64,000 nucleotides of DNA from Tricharina praecox (taxonomy: Eukaryota). The notes under the pieces are model-generated. The model saw only the letters and a program-made list of their open reading frames with translations. It searched no databases and was not told where the DNA came from. The stretch spans positions 744,001-808,000 of the forward strand of contig NW_026250413.1 in the NCBI RefSeq assembly GCF_024521635.1, in the 5' to 3' direction. The translations under genes and the position numbers were made by a program. Below, in pieces: positions 25,492-36,830 of the stretch (its first letter is position 1; every line of letters starts with the position of its first letter).

Positions 25492-25822
25492 AGTCGAAAG
25501 GATCTCTGTCCTTTTCGAAAGGAAGGAGAAGTGTAGCAGAAGAGAAAGAACATGTATCTATCTGCCCTGCCAGGCAGCGGCAAGCATAAAGCAAAAGCAT
25601 CCCAGCTCGAGCGTGGCTTGCGTAAACCTCAGCCCACGCGGCTGGGCCATCGAATTTAACACAGTATCCTAAAGCCTGGTGCGGCGAAGGGCACCCAACA
25701 CCCAGTGCCGCATGTGTATCTACCGTATCATATCATCTCTTGGGTGGCAAGCCTTCGATTCTGCAGCCCCACGTCTCACAAACAAAACATGATGACTGTC
25801 CCCTCCCCCCGTAGATACCGAC

Positions 25823-26142
25823 GCCGTAACTCGACAGATAGCTGCCTACATCTCCCTGCCATATTGCCTACTCGAATATTCATAGTTCCTATCCGAGAGG
25901 AACTGCCCCGTTTCTGGACCCTTGGCGTCGAATAGATACCGGTCTTTGGGCTTTGGCCCATTTCCGAGTCCTTTCTGCCGCCCGATCGGGACTGGAATCC
26001 TAGGGGCTTGACTCGGACTGGCCGTCGGCCATCTAACTGCCATTCTTAAGATAGAATAGCCACCAGTGTGGCGGTGTTTTGTCGATTCCACATGCTCAGG
26101 ATGAGCCGCTCATCGCCGCTTTGTCGAGTCGGCTTTTTTTTT
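25823..26142 (+). ncRNA. Candidate structured ncRNA of unknown family, possibly Pol III
   Basis: Terminal helix (25823-25838 with 26120-26133) followed immediately by T9; about ten nested helices; G-U wobbles favour the + strand; no credible ORF. Folded by eye only. Confidence 0.55.
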
Positions 26143-26714
26143 CTTCAGAGAAAAAAAAACAAAAGCCATAGAAATAACAACTTTCTTCCACATGCGTCTC
26201 ACCACAAATAACTGTCCGCACGGATCCAGCGGAAAAATACAAGATGTAATCGCCCTAACCATGCACTCGAGTCTCATGCACCGGTAGTCTCCTTAGTGAA
26301 TCGGCATGCTTTAGCTATATCTATTGCGATGCCGGATGATCACTCACAGGCAGGTAGGTAGATCCCGAGAGATGTTGTAACTAGAGTAGAGTACCGGTAT
26401 TCAAGCATGTCTTCACTGCGGGCCTACATACAGTACCGGTATCTAGTAGCGGAATATGTAGAGTACATACAAAAAAATAAAACAGACCAGAGATCCCCAA
26501 ACAAACACCCAGAACCCCCAAACACCGATACCCTGACCGCCACCGCTCTTCAGCAATGACAAGTAATATGCAGACGGACATGCAAGCCATCCTCAGATGG
26601 CCTCAACCATGCTCAAATGTAAAAAAAACAAAAGCCAGCTCAAACTCCCACATATGCCGAGATGGAGAGAGGAAATGAATAGACGTAAGGGGGAAATGAA
26701 TGAGATCATGAGCA

Positions 26715-29129
26715 TCATAACACCACGGCTCGCAACACGTTTCCGCGGAGCGTTCCGAGCTCCTTCTCTTTACCCTTCAACTGACCCTCGAGCTCCAGCA
26801 CCTTCTTGCGAAGCTCATCCATGCTCTCGGGATCCTTGCCATCGGCATCGACCTCGTCGTGGCCAAAGTCCGTGAGCCCCTCAAAGTCCTCCTCACTGGC
26901 GCGCCTTTGCGGCGGCAACACAACAATCTGCTCCATCTCCCCCTTGAGCCCGCCGAACATCGTCTCCCAGCGGACTTGATACCTGCGTTCTCCCCTATCC
27001 ATCCGCACATCGTCCTCGGGGTTGTCGTCGTCGGCTTCGGCATCCGGATCGTGGATCCCGAGTAGTTCGAGTTCGCTTTGTAGCCGGCGGACTTGCAGGC
27101 CATTGAAGCCGGCTTCGGTGGTGGATATTCCCGTCAGCAGCGCGACCTTTTCTCCGATGCCGCTCTCTTCGAAGTCTGTATATGCCCTGCGGAATCCTGA
27201 AAACACTTTTTCGGCGATTATGTTTGCATCGTTCAACCGGACACCCATACCATCACCGCCGATAGCTTGAAGGATTGCCACGGCAAACCGGCGCTGCATC
27301 TCGTCAAGCGGTAATGATCGCATGGCCGGCGGAATGTTCGGAGAAGTCTTCCCCATTTTTGGGAGTTGTGGGGGCTGTAGCCACTCCATGTGAGGTGATT
27401 CGTTCGAATGTCGTTCGACTGCCGGCGAAGCCATAACGATCGGACGAGATGGTAGTTGAGGCACGGTAAGTTGAAGGCCGTGTGGTCTGAATTGAGGGAA
27501 CTGGTGAGGCGGGGGGTGTGACATTACGGGAGTGGGTGTTGGTGTCGCGGTTACTGGGGACATATTAATGGTAGCGCCCCCTTTGGCCGACGGGTTTGCG
27601 GGAAACGTCGAGAATGGCCCGTCTCGAACCGAGCGGTTGCTCGGAGGCCTTCCCCGAAGCTTTCCGGTCAACGGATTTCCCGAAGACGGCCACGCGGACG
27701 ACACCGCTGGTCCGTGGCGACGCCGTCGAGCAGGTTTCCCAGAAGTGGGTGTTGCGGATACTGGGGTCATGGCTTCGTCATTAGAGTTATGAAGGTCGTG
27801 AGTGATAAGAAGTGGTGGTGGATGTGGACTATGGGGGGTTGTAGCCGAATCCATCTTCGGATATGCCCGCCATCGGTAATGTTGACCGCCAGTAGGCGTG
27901 GATGAGCCGGCACTCATCACTTGCGTAGCAGCAGTCCATTGGTCTTGTGTCACGGCATCGTCCAGAAACGACATGCCATCACCACCAGCGCTGGAAGGAA
28001 CGGCAGAGTTCGGGTACACAAACTGCGCCATTTCGTCCGCTGCACTTGCGGGAGTACCCGTGTCCAAGTGCTGCCGCTTAGCCGCCGGGCCGTCTTTCTC
28101 CGAGTTGTCATCTTTGTCGTCTGTTTTCCGCCTCCCACGTTTCGGACGTGTCTCGGGATGTAGAGCTCTTAAGGCAAGATCTTCCTCGACGGGTACTCCG
28201 TCGCGGATCCGTTCGGCAGTGCCTGGATTGGAGGTGTCCGGGTCGGCGGAAGGAATTTGTTGGTAGTATTTATGAGGTTTGTCCAATATATACTCGAAGA
28301 AGGCATCGACGTGCATCGCGTGCATCCATCTCTATGTGTTCGCCGGGAGGTTAGTTAGTTGAACGCATTGCCGCGAGTTACTATTAATAGCTACCTTTAA
28401 CCTAACCGCGTATTGCTGGACTTTCTGCGCGCTTGAGTCCGGCGTGCGCTCCACCCCGAGTTCGATCGCCAACTTCGTCCACGTCTTGATGTCCTTGCGT
28501 TCGAATTTCTCGATGAGCTGGAGCAAGTGGTAGGTGCTGAATGTCTTGCCGTCGCTTTTCGGCGGTTGGCGAAAGACTTTCCGCAATTCGGCGGTGTCGC
28601 ACTCGAGCGGTACGGAGGGATTGCAGTAGAGGATGAAGGCGACATAAGCATCGTCGAGGGACTCGTCCGTCACCCGCTTATCTGGTAGACTGCGATCGGT
28701 GGGAGTGAACGATGGTACACTCTTGGAGCGATTTGGCGCAGGCGACGCCGACGCGAATTGTGACGGTGACCGTTCGGAGAGCTGATCGCTTGGGGTGCCT
28801 AGAGTGTATTGGCTAGCATCGCGCGTAAGGTCGGAGTATTGTACGTAGTGCCCGTGTTGGCCATGTTGGTGGTGGTGGGGGTCATCCTGGCGTTGGTGGC
28901 GCTGAAGTTGTTGTTCGTGTGGCCGCGGAGGTGGTGGATGGGCACTCAGGTTCGGGTCGATCGACAACTCGGGCCGGCCGAAATCGGTGTGCGCGGCAAA
29001 GTTTGAAGCGTCCGATTGCGAGTGGACGTGGTGCGCCCCTGCAGCAATGCCCCGTACAAAATGTGAACTGTCGTCTTCGTCGTCTGAATCGGGACCGGCC
29101 AACGCGTTGGAGTATTGGTCCGGATCCAT
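26715..29129 (-). CDS. ARS-binding protein 2 (Abp2)-domain DNA-binding protein, intron ~28333-28394; 5' end uncertain
   Basis: DAYVAFILYCNP, FRQPPKSDGK.FS, QKVQQYAVRLKRWMHAMHVDAFFEY, RDGVP.EEDLALRAL.P...PKRGR, KLRGRPP.NRSV.DGPF.TFP. Confidence 0.88.
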
Positions 29130-32100
29130 TCCGTCCAGCTCGGGCGAAAACGAAAGAGAGTGAACTCCTTCGTCCGAAGTGGGATCCGCCAGTACGCCGG
29201 TGGTTAATATTAGCAACGACTGGGCAACGCCGAGTCGTCGCCGGAGAAGGGTTGGTGGGTGGGTGGGTGGGTGGTGGTGGATAGTGGTGGTATTGGTGGT
29301 AGTAGTGGTGGTGGTGGATGGTGGGTAGCAGTGGACGATTGCGATATTGGAAGGGACCCGGCCAGCCAAGGAGAAACGTTGAAGGGCAGAAACGTGGTGA
29401 AACGAAACCGACTGGAGAAGCGAAAAGGTCAAGGAGCGTGGGCCGTGGACCAATCACAGTGTACGGATGCGTGGTTGTTTGGCTTAAGGAGAGTCTGTTG
29501 AAGGTTGAGCAAAGACGGAGGATGATTCGTGGGGCCGTTTTCCAGCGGTGACGGTGACGGGGGCGAGTGACCGGGGATGAGAGCGACCCTGGCCCGGGGG
29601 GGTAAGTACCAGGGAAAAGCAACGGGAACAGTCGAAGTTCGTTGGATTCGCAAGGGTCCAGGGCTAAGAATAGCCACTGGCACACAGGTTAAAGCAGCCG
29701 CAGCTCGCTGCCAGACAGGCGAGTTTAGAGATGCAGGGGAACTTGAGCAGCGGTCGCCGGTCGAGCACTTACGCAGGTTCTGATAGGAGGAGTCGGGAAA
29801 AGACAGAACCGGGAACGTAAAGGGGGATAATTGACTGCGAAGGGCAAGCAAAGACGAGGACTGGAAGTGCCGTCAATTTATCGAATGGATGGCTAACAGC
29901 TTTACCGCCCGTACAGCGCTCCGTTTTGGGGTTAATTAGGGGAATTCACGTCTGAAGCAACAGTTGCGACACTCTGTAACGACGGAGCGCCAGATATGCA
30001 TGACCCCTTCGTATCAAACAGAGCATCGTCGAGCGCATGCATGATGCAAGTGCGGTTCTGCACGGGGTTGTCTGTCGAGGAGGGTAACTGGAGAGATATG
30101 ACACCTGGCGAGGGCAGCTGGCGAGGGCACTTAGCGGGCCTTCTCTTACAGCCAGAATCTCTCAGAGCCAGAATCTCTCACAGTCAGAATCCTCTCTCAT
30201 ATGTTGTGGAGCGTTAGATCGGGAGTCAGATGTTTAGCGGTTTCTTGGCTTAGTGGGAGGAGACGAGCAGCGGAGAAGCAGACTCTCTTGTGGTTCTTCT
30301 TTCTGTACCGAGACACTCACCAATCAATCGTTTGACCGCCTAACCATCGTCGCACCCATCGTCCTGTTCCACATACAGGACGCTCAACGTAACTAAAGGT
30401 GAGTAATGGTGTGTGCCTGATGCGAGCACGTGATTTTTGAGGGGCTGACGTTGTCACATGCCAGTCCTCACAGTCACAGGAACCACTCGAGTGACTGGAT
30501 CCTATGCATACTACGGACGGTTCCCATGATCCACAGATTCGGCGGAACCAGGACGGTGGGCAGGAGCAGAGGGAAAGTACGCCGCCATGACTAAGTACTT
30601 ACATAATGTACTATGGTAGTATTCTACAGGATGAATGCGAGTATGATCAAACAAAACCAAAAGCTGATTCCGCGGAAATCCGTTGGCTGCTCAGGAACTA
30701 ACTACTGGCCGTTAGCAAATTGTCCGGCGACATGCGATACCTACTATACACTAGAAGCGGGTCTAGAGCAACGTTGCAACGTTGCAACATGCGGATGCAT
30801 CTCCTCCCGCTGAGCCGGGGGAGCGGCGTAATCGCTAGGGCTGTAGATGTGCCTGGGCCCCGAGCTACTTGGTCAGTTCATCACTATCAAGAGCAGATAC
30901 ATATGCCTGGTTTCTGCGTGGTGGTCGCTGTATGTATGTACTCAAGAGGCACTGCTCAAGAAGACAGATAACGGTGGAGGACTTCGATCGTTTGGTTAAT
31001 TATCGGTTGGCCGGCCATGAAACTTTGCCCGACGACTTGCTAGGAAGGCCAACAGGAAGAGGCCGCTTCAAATACCTTCACTAACGCTTTGATAGGCCCA
31101 CCCCCGCACGCAGTTAAGCCTTCCAGCAGGATAGCAGCTCGAGCGGTGGTGGATGGTGGGGCGGAACTCGATGGGTACCTATATCACGAAGACCAGAGAT
31201 GCAGCCCGGGACCAGTCCGTGGCTGATGGCGAGATGATCGACTATGTATGTAGACCCGGACCATCCGCGTTCCGAAACGTATCGTCCAGCAAGGCTCGCT
31301 TGAAGGTCAACGTGGGTACAAGGGATTCTGCGGCACCAGTGAGATGGATCCACGGTTCCTTCCCCGGAATGTCTCGAATGCTGTTCGCGATGGGTTTGAA
31401 AGTGCACTGCTACGAGCGCGGGTTGATACCGAAGGTTGTGATGGAACATGGGAGAAGGAGAAGGCGTGGTTGTGAGCAGTGGGCTTTCATCAGGGACAAC
31501 TGCCACCGACAATCATCGCCGTGTGTGCAAGCTGTCGGGACATGCATCCGATGCCATTAATCGTGGCGAAAGAGCAGTGAGCGTTAGTGGAATTTTTGCA
31601 AATATCTCTGGAGATCGAATGAGCTTGCCTTCCTCGTTTACCCAGAATCCGCCCGGCTTGACGAGCCTGGCTAAAGCTGCGTGCAAATCACCGTCGTGAT
31701 CTTCGCAGGATAGGTCAGTCGTACGGGTAACTGGAAAAAGAAAAGTCGACCTCTGGGTACAGATATCCATCTCGTGTCTTTTTCTGCTTTTCAGAACACC
31801 GGACCACCGTACCTACATGGTCCGGCGACAGGGCTGGGGCAAAGCGGCCTGACATGTGATGCCTCTACGGCTCATTGCCGTAATTACCGCCAACCATATC
31901 ACCCCGCAGTCGCCGCGTTACTCTACTCTGGAGCAGAGTCCACGGTAGTACCCCGGGTTAAGCTTACTTTACCCACTCAGACGTGAGCACATGCTCGCTC
32001 TCTGCACTCTGCCAAATAATCATACTCACGACCACAGCTTGCTCTTCATCTTGTTTCAGCCGAGTTATCGTACGTGAGGATCCCATTGGCTAAAAGTAGG

Positions 32101-32524
32101 CAACCTCCCCTTCTCAGGTATCTGACGATACTTTTTGGTACTTGTGTACTTGTGTACTCGTGTACCTGACCACTTCTACAGGCTAGATATCGCGAGCACT
32201 TGCTTCCGTTGGTCCGTAGACTTGCTTCGTGGCCAGCCGACGTCATATGTGGACGCCGTTTTCGCGGAAACGGAGGCTCGAGCTATTCGCGGGCCTAGTC
32301 TGGGGCCCCGCATCTGGATTCTGGAGAAGTCTCTAGATCGCGCGCCAAATTCTCGCGCCGAATCTCTCTGTTCCAGGCTACCAAACTCTTCATGTGCATC
32401 TCGCCTTCCGGGAAGCCCGCCACCAAGGTATATCTCTGCGCTCCCCCACCCCCGCGTCTCCGGATGACTGAGGAGCTTAGTACTGACACAACCCAGTGAA
32501 CACCACGAGCGGTATTATTTGTCC

Positions 32525-32869
32525 CCTCGGACCCTTCCACACATCCCACGCATCCCACGCATCCACCGCATAAGCGAAAGGGCAACGGCACCTTGATCCC
32601 GGCCTGCTTCTATTCCCACTGCCCAGTACATACCCACTCCCCTTCGTCCGTCCAGACAGTTTGCTGCCCTACTTGGCGCTATCGTTTCCTCTTGTCCGAA
32701 CGCCTCCCACTCACTCATCGGAGAACCGGCTGGCGAGAGGCGTTTCCCCGGACTACGCTACCTGGCACACTATCGGTGGCATCTCTTGTACCCCACTCTG
32801 ATCCCTAGGCGTCGTAACCTGGATCTGGTACTGTCAGACATCGGACATCGAAGGTAACTATCCCCGAGG
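32525..32869. promoter_or_regulatory. Two FarA/FarB (CTF1)-type CCTCGG sites upstream of carnitine acetyltransferase
   Basis: CCTCGG at 32525-32530 and CCGAGG at 32864-32869; TATA-like TACATAAA near 32946. Confidence 0.45.
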
Positions 32870-33026
32870 TTATTTTCGCGCCTGACAGCTTCCTGTTCCG
32901 TGCCTGGCATTATCACGGCTCCCCTCCTACCACAGCGGGGCCTTTACATAAAGCCGGGACCGCAGCCATCTTCCCATCTTTTTTTTTGAGAAACCAGCCA
33001 GTTACACACTCGATACTGACAACACG

Positions 33027-35756
33027 ATGGCTCCTTCAAAAGTAGACTCTCCCCCGCAGACACCGCTCCTGCCAGCTCTTGCTCTTTCAAGCGGCAAACT
33101 AGCATCTCCAACAAAGTTCAAGTCTCTCAACGAGTCAGTCATGTCGGCCATACACGCCAAAGAGGTCGCGGCTACCACACTGCCATACGACGCCGGGCCA
33201 GGTATCACCTTCGCACACCAGGACTCGTTACCGAAACTCCCCATTGCCGATCTCCAAGACACATGTCGAAATTACCTTTCGGCAGTGAAGCCTCTCCAGA
33301 CACCACGTGAACACGCCGATACCGTGGCCGCAGTGAGGGAATTTTTGAAGACGGACGGGCCGGAGCTCCAGGAACGGCTCAAGAAGTATGCGAGCGGCAA
33401 GAGCAGTTACATCGAACAGTTCTGTAAGTCTAGAAAACCACCTCAGGGCCATCGTTTTGGGAACGAAAAACTAATCGAGTGATAGGGTATGATTCGTACC
33501 TCAACTACGATAACCCAGTGGTGTTGAACTTGAACCCTTTGTGAGTGATCCGCATAGGTATCGATGATACGGGTAGATTCTAATAGCTCTGCTACAGTTT
33601 CCTTCTCGAGGACGACCCAACTCCCTCTAGAAGGAACCAAGTGACCAGAGCAGCGTCTCTCGTCATTTCTTCTCTCTCTTTCGTTCGTGCTCTGCGACGG
33701 GAAGAGCTTCCCGCGGATAAGATCCGTGGCACTCCTCTTTGCATGGTAAGATCTCTTTCCCCGTCAACCCACAGAAATCTGTCGCTGATATCTTTCTCAG
33801 TACCAATACCCTCGGATCTTCAGCACTTCCAGAATCCCCACAGAGAATGGCTGTGTGATGCAGTCGGACCCTACGGCAAAGCACATCGTTATCATGTGTC
33901 ACTCCCAATTCTACTGGTTCGACGTTCTCGACGACAACTCCGACATCATTATCACCGAGCGGGATCTCCAGCAAAACCTGCAAGCCATCCTCGACGACGC
34001 CCAGATGACGCCGATCCAACTGGCCGCAAAGTCGGCAGTCGGCGTTTTGTCGACCGAGAACCGGCGGGTGTGGGCCAACCTGAGAGATGTTCTGACTCAG
34101 GATGGGAAGGACAGCACCAACGCTGAATGTCTTCGGATAGTCGATACCGCTTTGTTTGTTTTGTGCCTCGACCAGACGTCACCCCAATCGGCCGCCGAGC
34201 TCAGCATGAACATGTTGTGCGGAACCAATGTTGTCGAGAAGGGAGTCCAAGTGGGTACTTGCACGAACCGCTGGTACGACAAGCTGCAGATCATCGTTTG
34301 CAAGAACGGATCTGCGGGTATCAACTTTGAGCACACCGGTGTGGACGGCCACACAGTGCTCCGCATGACCAGTGATGTATACACCGACACGATCCTTCGG
34401 TTTGCCCGCACCATCAACGGTAACGCTCCAAGTCTCTGGGCCACTGTGTCGCCAGACCCCAACAAGCGGGACCCGGCTTCCTTCGGCGATGTGAGCACGA
34501 CTCCCCACAAGCTGGAGTGGACTATGGTTCCGGAATTGTCGATGGCGCTGCGGTTTGCCGAGACCCGTCTCGCGGATTTGATCAACCAGAATGAATTCGA
34601 AGTCCTCGAGTTCAGCCACTACGGAAAGAACTTTATCACCTCCATGGGGTTCTCACCTGACGCCTTCGTCCAAATGGCTTTCCAGGCGGCATACTACGGT
34701 CTTTACGGACGTGCCGAGAGCACCTACGAGCCAGCCATGACCAAGATTTTCCTCCACGGGCGAACGGAAGCCATCCGTACCGTCTCGGAACAGTCGCTTG
34801 AATTCGTTAAGAAGTTCTGCGAGAATGCTCCTGCGTCGGAGAAGGTCGACGCCCTGCGAAAGGCTTGCCAGAAGCACACCGCTACCACCAAGGAGTGCTC
34901 AAAGGGACTCGGCCAGGACCGACACCTTTACGCACTCTTCTGTGTCTGGCAGCGTGGCCTCGATGAAGAGTCTCTCTCCCAAAGCGACGACTCTTCGCGC
35001 GACGGTCGGATGTCGCCGGACGCCTACGGCTCTTCTCCGTTGTCGGGCAGCTTCGAGACCCAAGACTCGATGTCTGCCAGCGGCCGCTCAAGGTCATTCT
35101 CAGACTGCTCCTCCATCACCGGCACCCCACCAACCAAGGTTACCCCACCGGTCGTTCCCAGCATCTTCTCGGACCCCGCCTGGGACAAGCTCAACAACAC
35201 CATCCTATCAACCTCGAACTGCGGCAACCCCTCGCTACGCGCCTTCGGCTTCGGCCCCACGTCGGGCGACGGCTTCGGGATTGGTTACATCATCAAGGAC
35301 GAGAGCATCTCCATCTCGGTGTCATCCAAGCACAGACAGACCAAGCGCTTCGTCGACACGCTGCAGAACTACTTCCTCGAGATCCGCCATCTTCTGCGGG
35401 CCACACAGCAGAAGGAGCCGCCGCGCTCGATGGCGAGGGAGGCAGACAAGCTGACGCGCGCCCGCGGACCAGCCGGTCAGGGTCGCGGCGCCAAGAGCGC
35501 CGTCCAGCGCCAGCTCAGCGGAAAGGTCATCAGTGTCGCCGGCGGTAACGGAATGTTGGCCGATGATGATGCAAGTCTCACTAGCGTGAGAAGCGAGGAT
35601 GGCAGCGATGGCGAGTCGGGGATGCTCGGTGGATATGGATACTTCGATGCTGGCAGCGTGGCGCGCTTGCTGGAGAAGCGGGATAAACCGCATACTGACT
35701 CGAAGCTGCCGGGACGGAGAGCAGTTGGGCGGATGGTGAAGTTGACGGATTACTAG
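33027..35756 (+). CDS. YAT1: Carnitine O-acetyltransferase, YAT1/FacC cytosolic type, 4 exons
   Basis: GITFAHQDSLPKLPI, WYDSYLNYDNPVVLNLNPF, NRWYDKLQIIV, NFEHTGVDG catalytic His motif, GRTEAIR, LSTSNCGNP; no C-terminal PTS1. Confidence 0.93.
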
Positions 35757-36114
35757 TTTCGATGATTGTCGTTTTTGTTGTGCTTTTGGGCGTTGTTTTG
35801 GGCTGGAATCTTGGTTTCTTTTGCAATTTGGGGCTTTTTGTTTGATCTTGATACCGTAACGTAACGTTCATGAGGGCTGGTTAGGGGCTGTGTGTACATA
35901 TCATGATGGAGAGTATGATGTATGTAGCGCTGGAGATATCATTGATTTCTTTGCACCATTGAGTTGAATCGTACCTTCATATAGATGAGAAGAGAAATAG
36001 TCGACAATGCAAGCGATATCGGGCCAATAATCACATCCATAACCAGCGAATTCCAGGCTAAGAGCATGATATGGATGTACCGTTATATTCCCCAACTCTC
36101 CAATTCCAACCCCT

Positions 36115-36830
36115 CTAATTCTCCTCCGCCGCCAACTCCTCAAAAATCTCCAAGAAGGCACTCTCACCCTGCGCGCCACTGACACTCCTCTTGCCATTAA
36201 CAGTAAAATGGGGAACCCCCGAGATCCCGCGTCTCTTCGCGTCATTAACCTCGCTATCGACCTCCTCACCACCCCCATCACTACGCAACCACTTCCACGC
36301 CTCATCCTCGTCGAGCCCACCGGCAACCCCACGCTTCACTAACACCGCGAAATCGGTAATATCCTCCTCGGCCTCAAAGTACGCGGCGAACAATTGCTCG
36401 ACCACGGCCGTCTGCACGCCGCGTAAGCGTCCCAGCTCGATCAGAAGGTGCGACGACCGCGTGTTCCCCGTTTTGCCGCCGAAGCTGAAGGTTATTCCCA
36501 GGTCGCGCCCGGCGGCGGTGAGGCGGGAGTGGATTGCCGCGAGTTGTGCGGCGGGGAAGCGAGAGGCCATGTACGCAGCCTTGTCGACGGACGGAGAGGG
36601 CGCAGACGGGTTCAGGTAGAATGCGTGGTAGGTCGTGCTGAAGGTGGAGGTGGGGTGCTGAGACTGGTACGCGGAGATCGCACGCTGCAGGCGCCGGTGC
36701 CCGATGTAGCACCAGGGGCAGACCGTGTCTAAAAGCCGGGAACGTTAGTATGTGTAAGGGCGAGTGAGCGCCTGTGAGCGGCTGTGGATAGAAACGTACC
36801 GGAGATGATGTCGATCTGGAAGTTGGCCAT
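36115..36830 (-). CDS. DsbA/FrnE-like thioredoxin-fold oxidoreductase, 2 exons
   Basis: MANFQIDIIS|DTVCPWCYIG (CPWC), GNTRSSH, LF.AYFE, GISGVPHF, VSGAQ. Confidence 0.92.

Noticed and set aside
25789-25795. C-box ATGATGA as the start of a C/D snoRNA
   Set aside because: No downstream CTGA D box within range.
25899-25926. Minus-strand GGTCCAGAAACGGGGCAG resembling SRP RNA helix 8
   Set aside because: The GAAA loop would be closed by A-C, the AGG of the symmetric loop is misplaced, and wobble pairs favour the opposite strand.
26253-26260. CCCTAACC (also AGGGTTAG at 51732) as a telomerase template
   Set aside because: 8-mers from 12 permutations are expected about a dozen times by chance in 64 kb; no pseudoknot and too little room.
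30720-31770. Short protein-like ORFs between the Abp2 gene and YAT1
   Set aside because: Joining them needs a 38-nt intron or weak splice sites, and I recognise no domain. A pseudogene cannot be excluded without a search.
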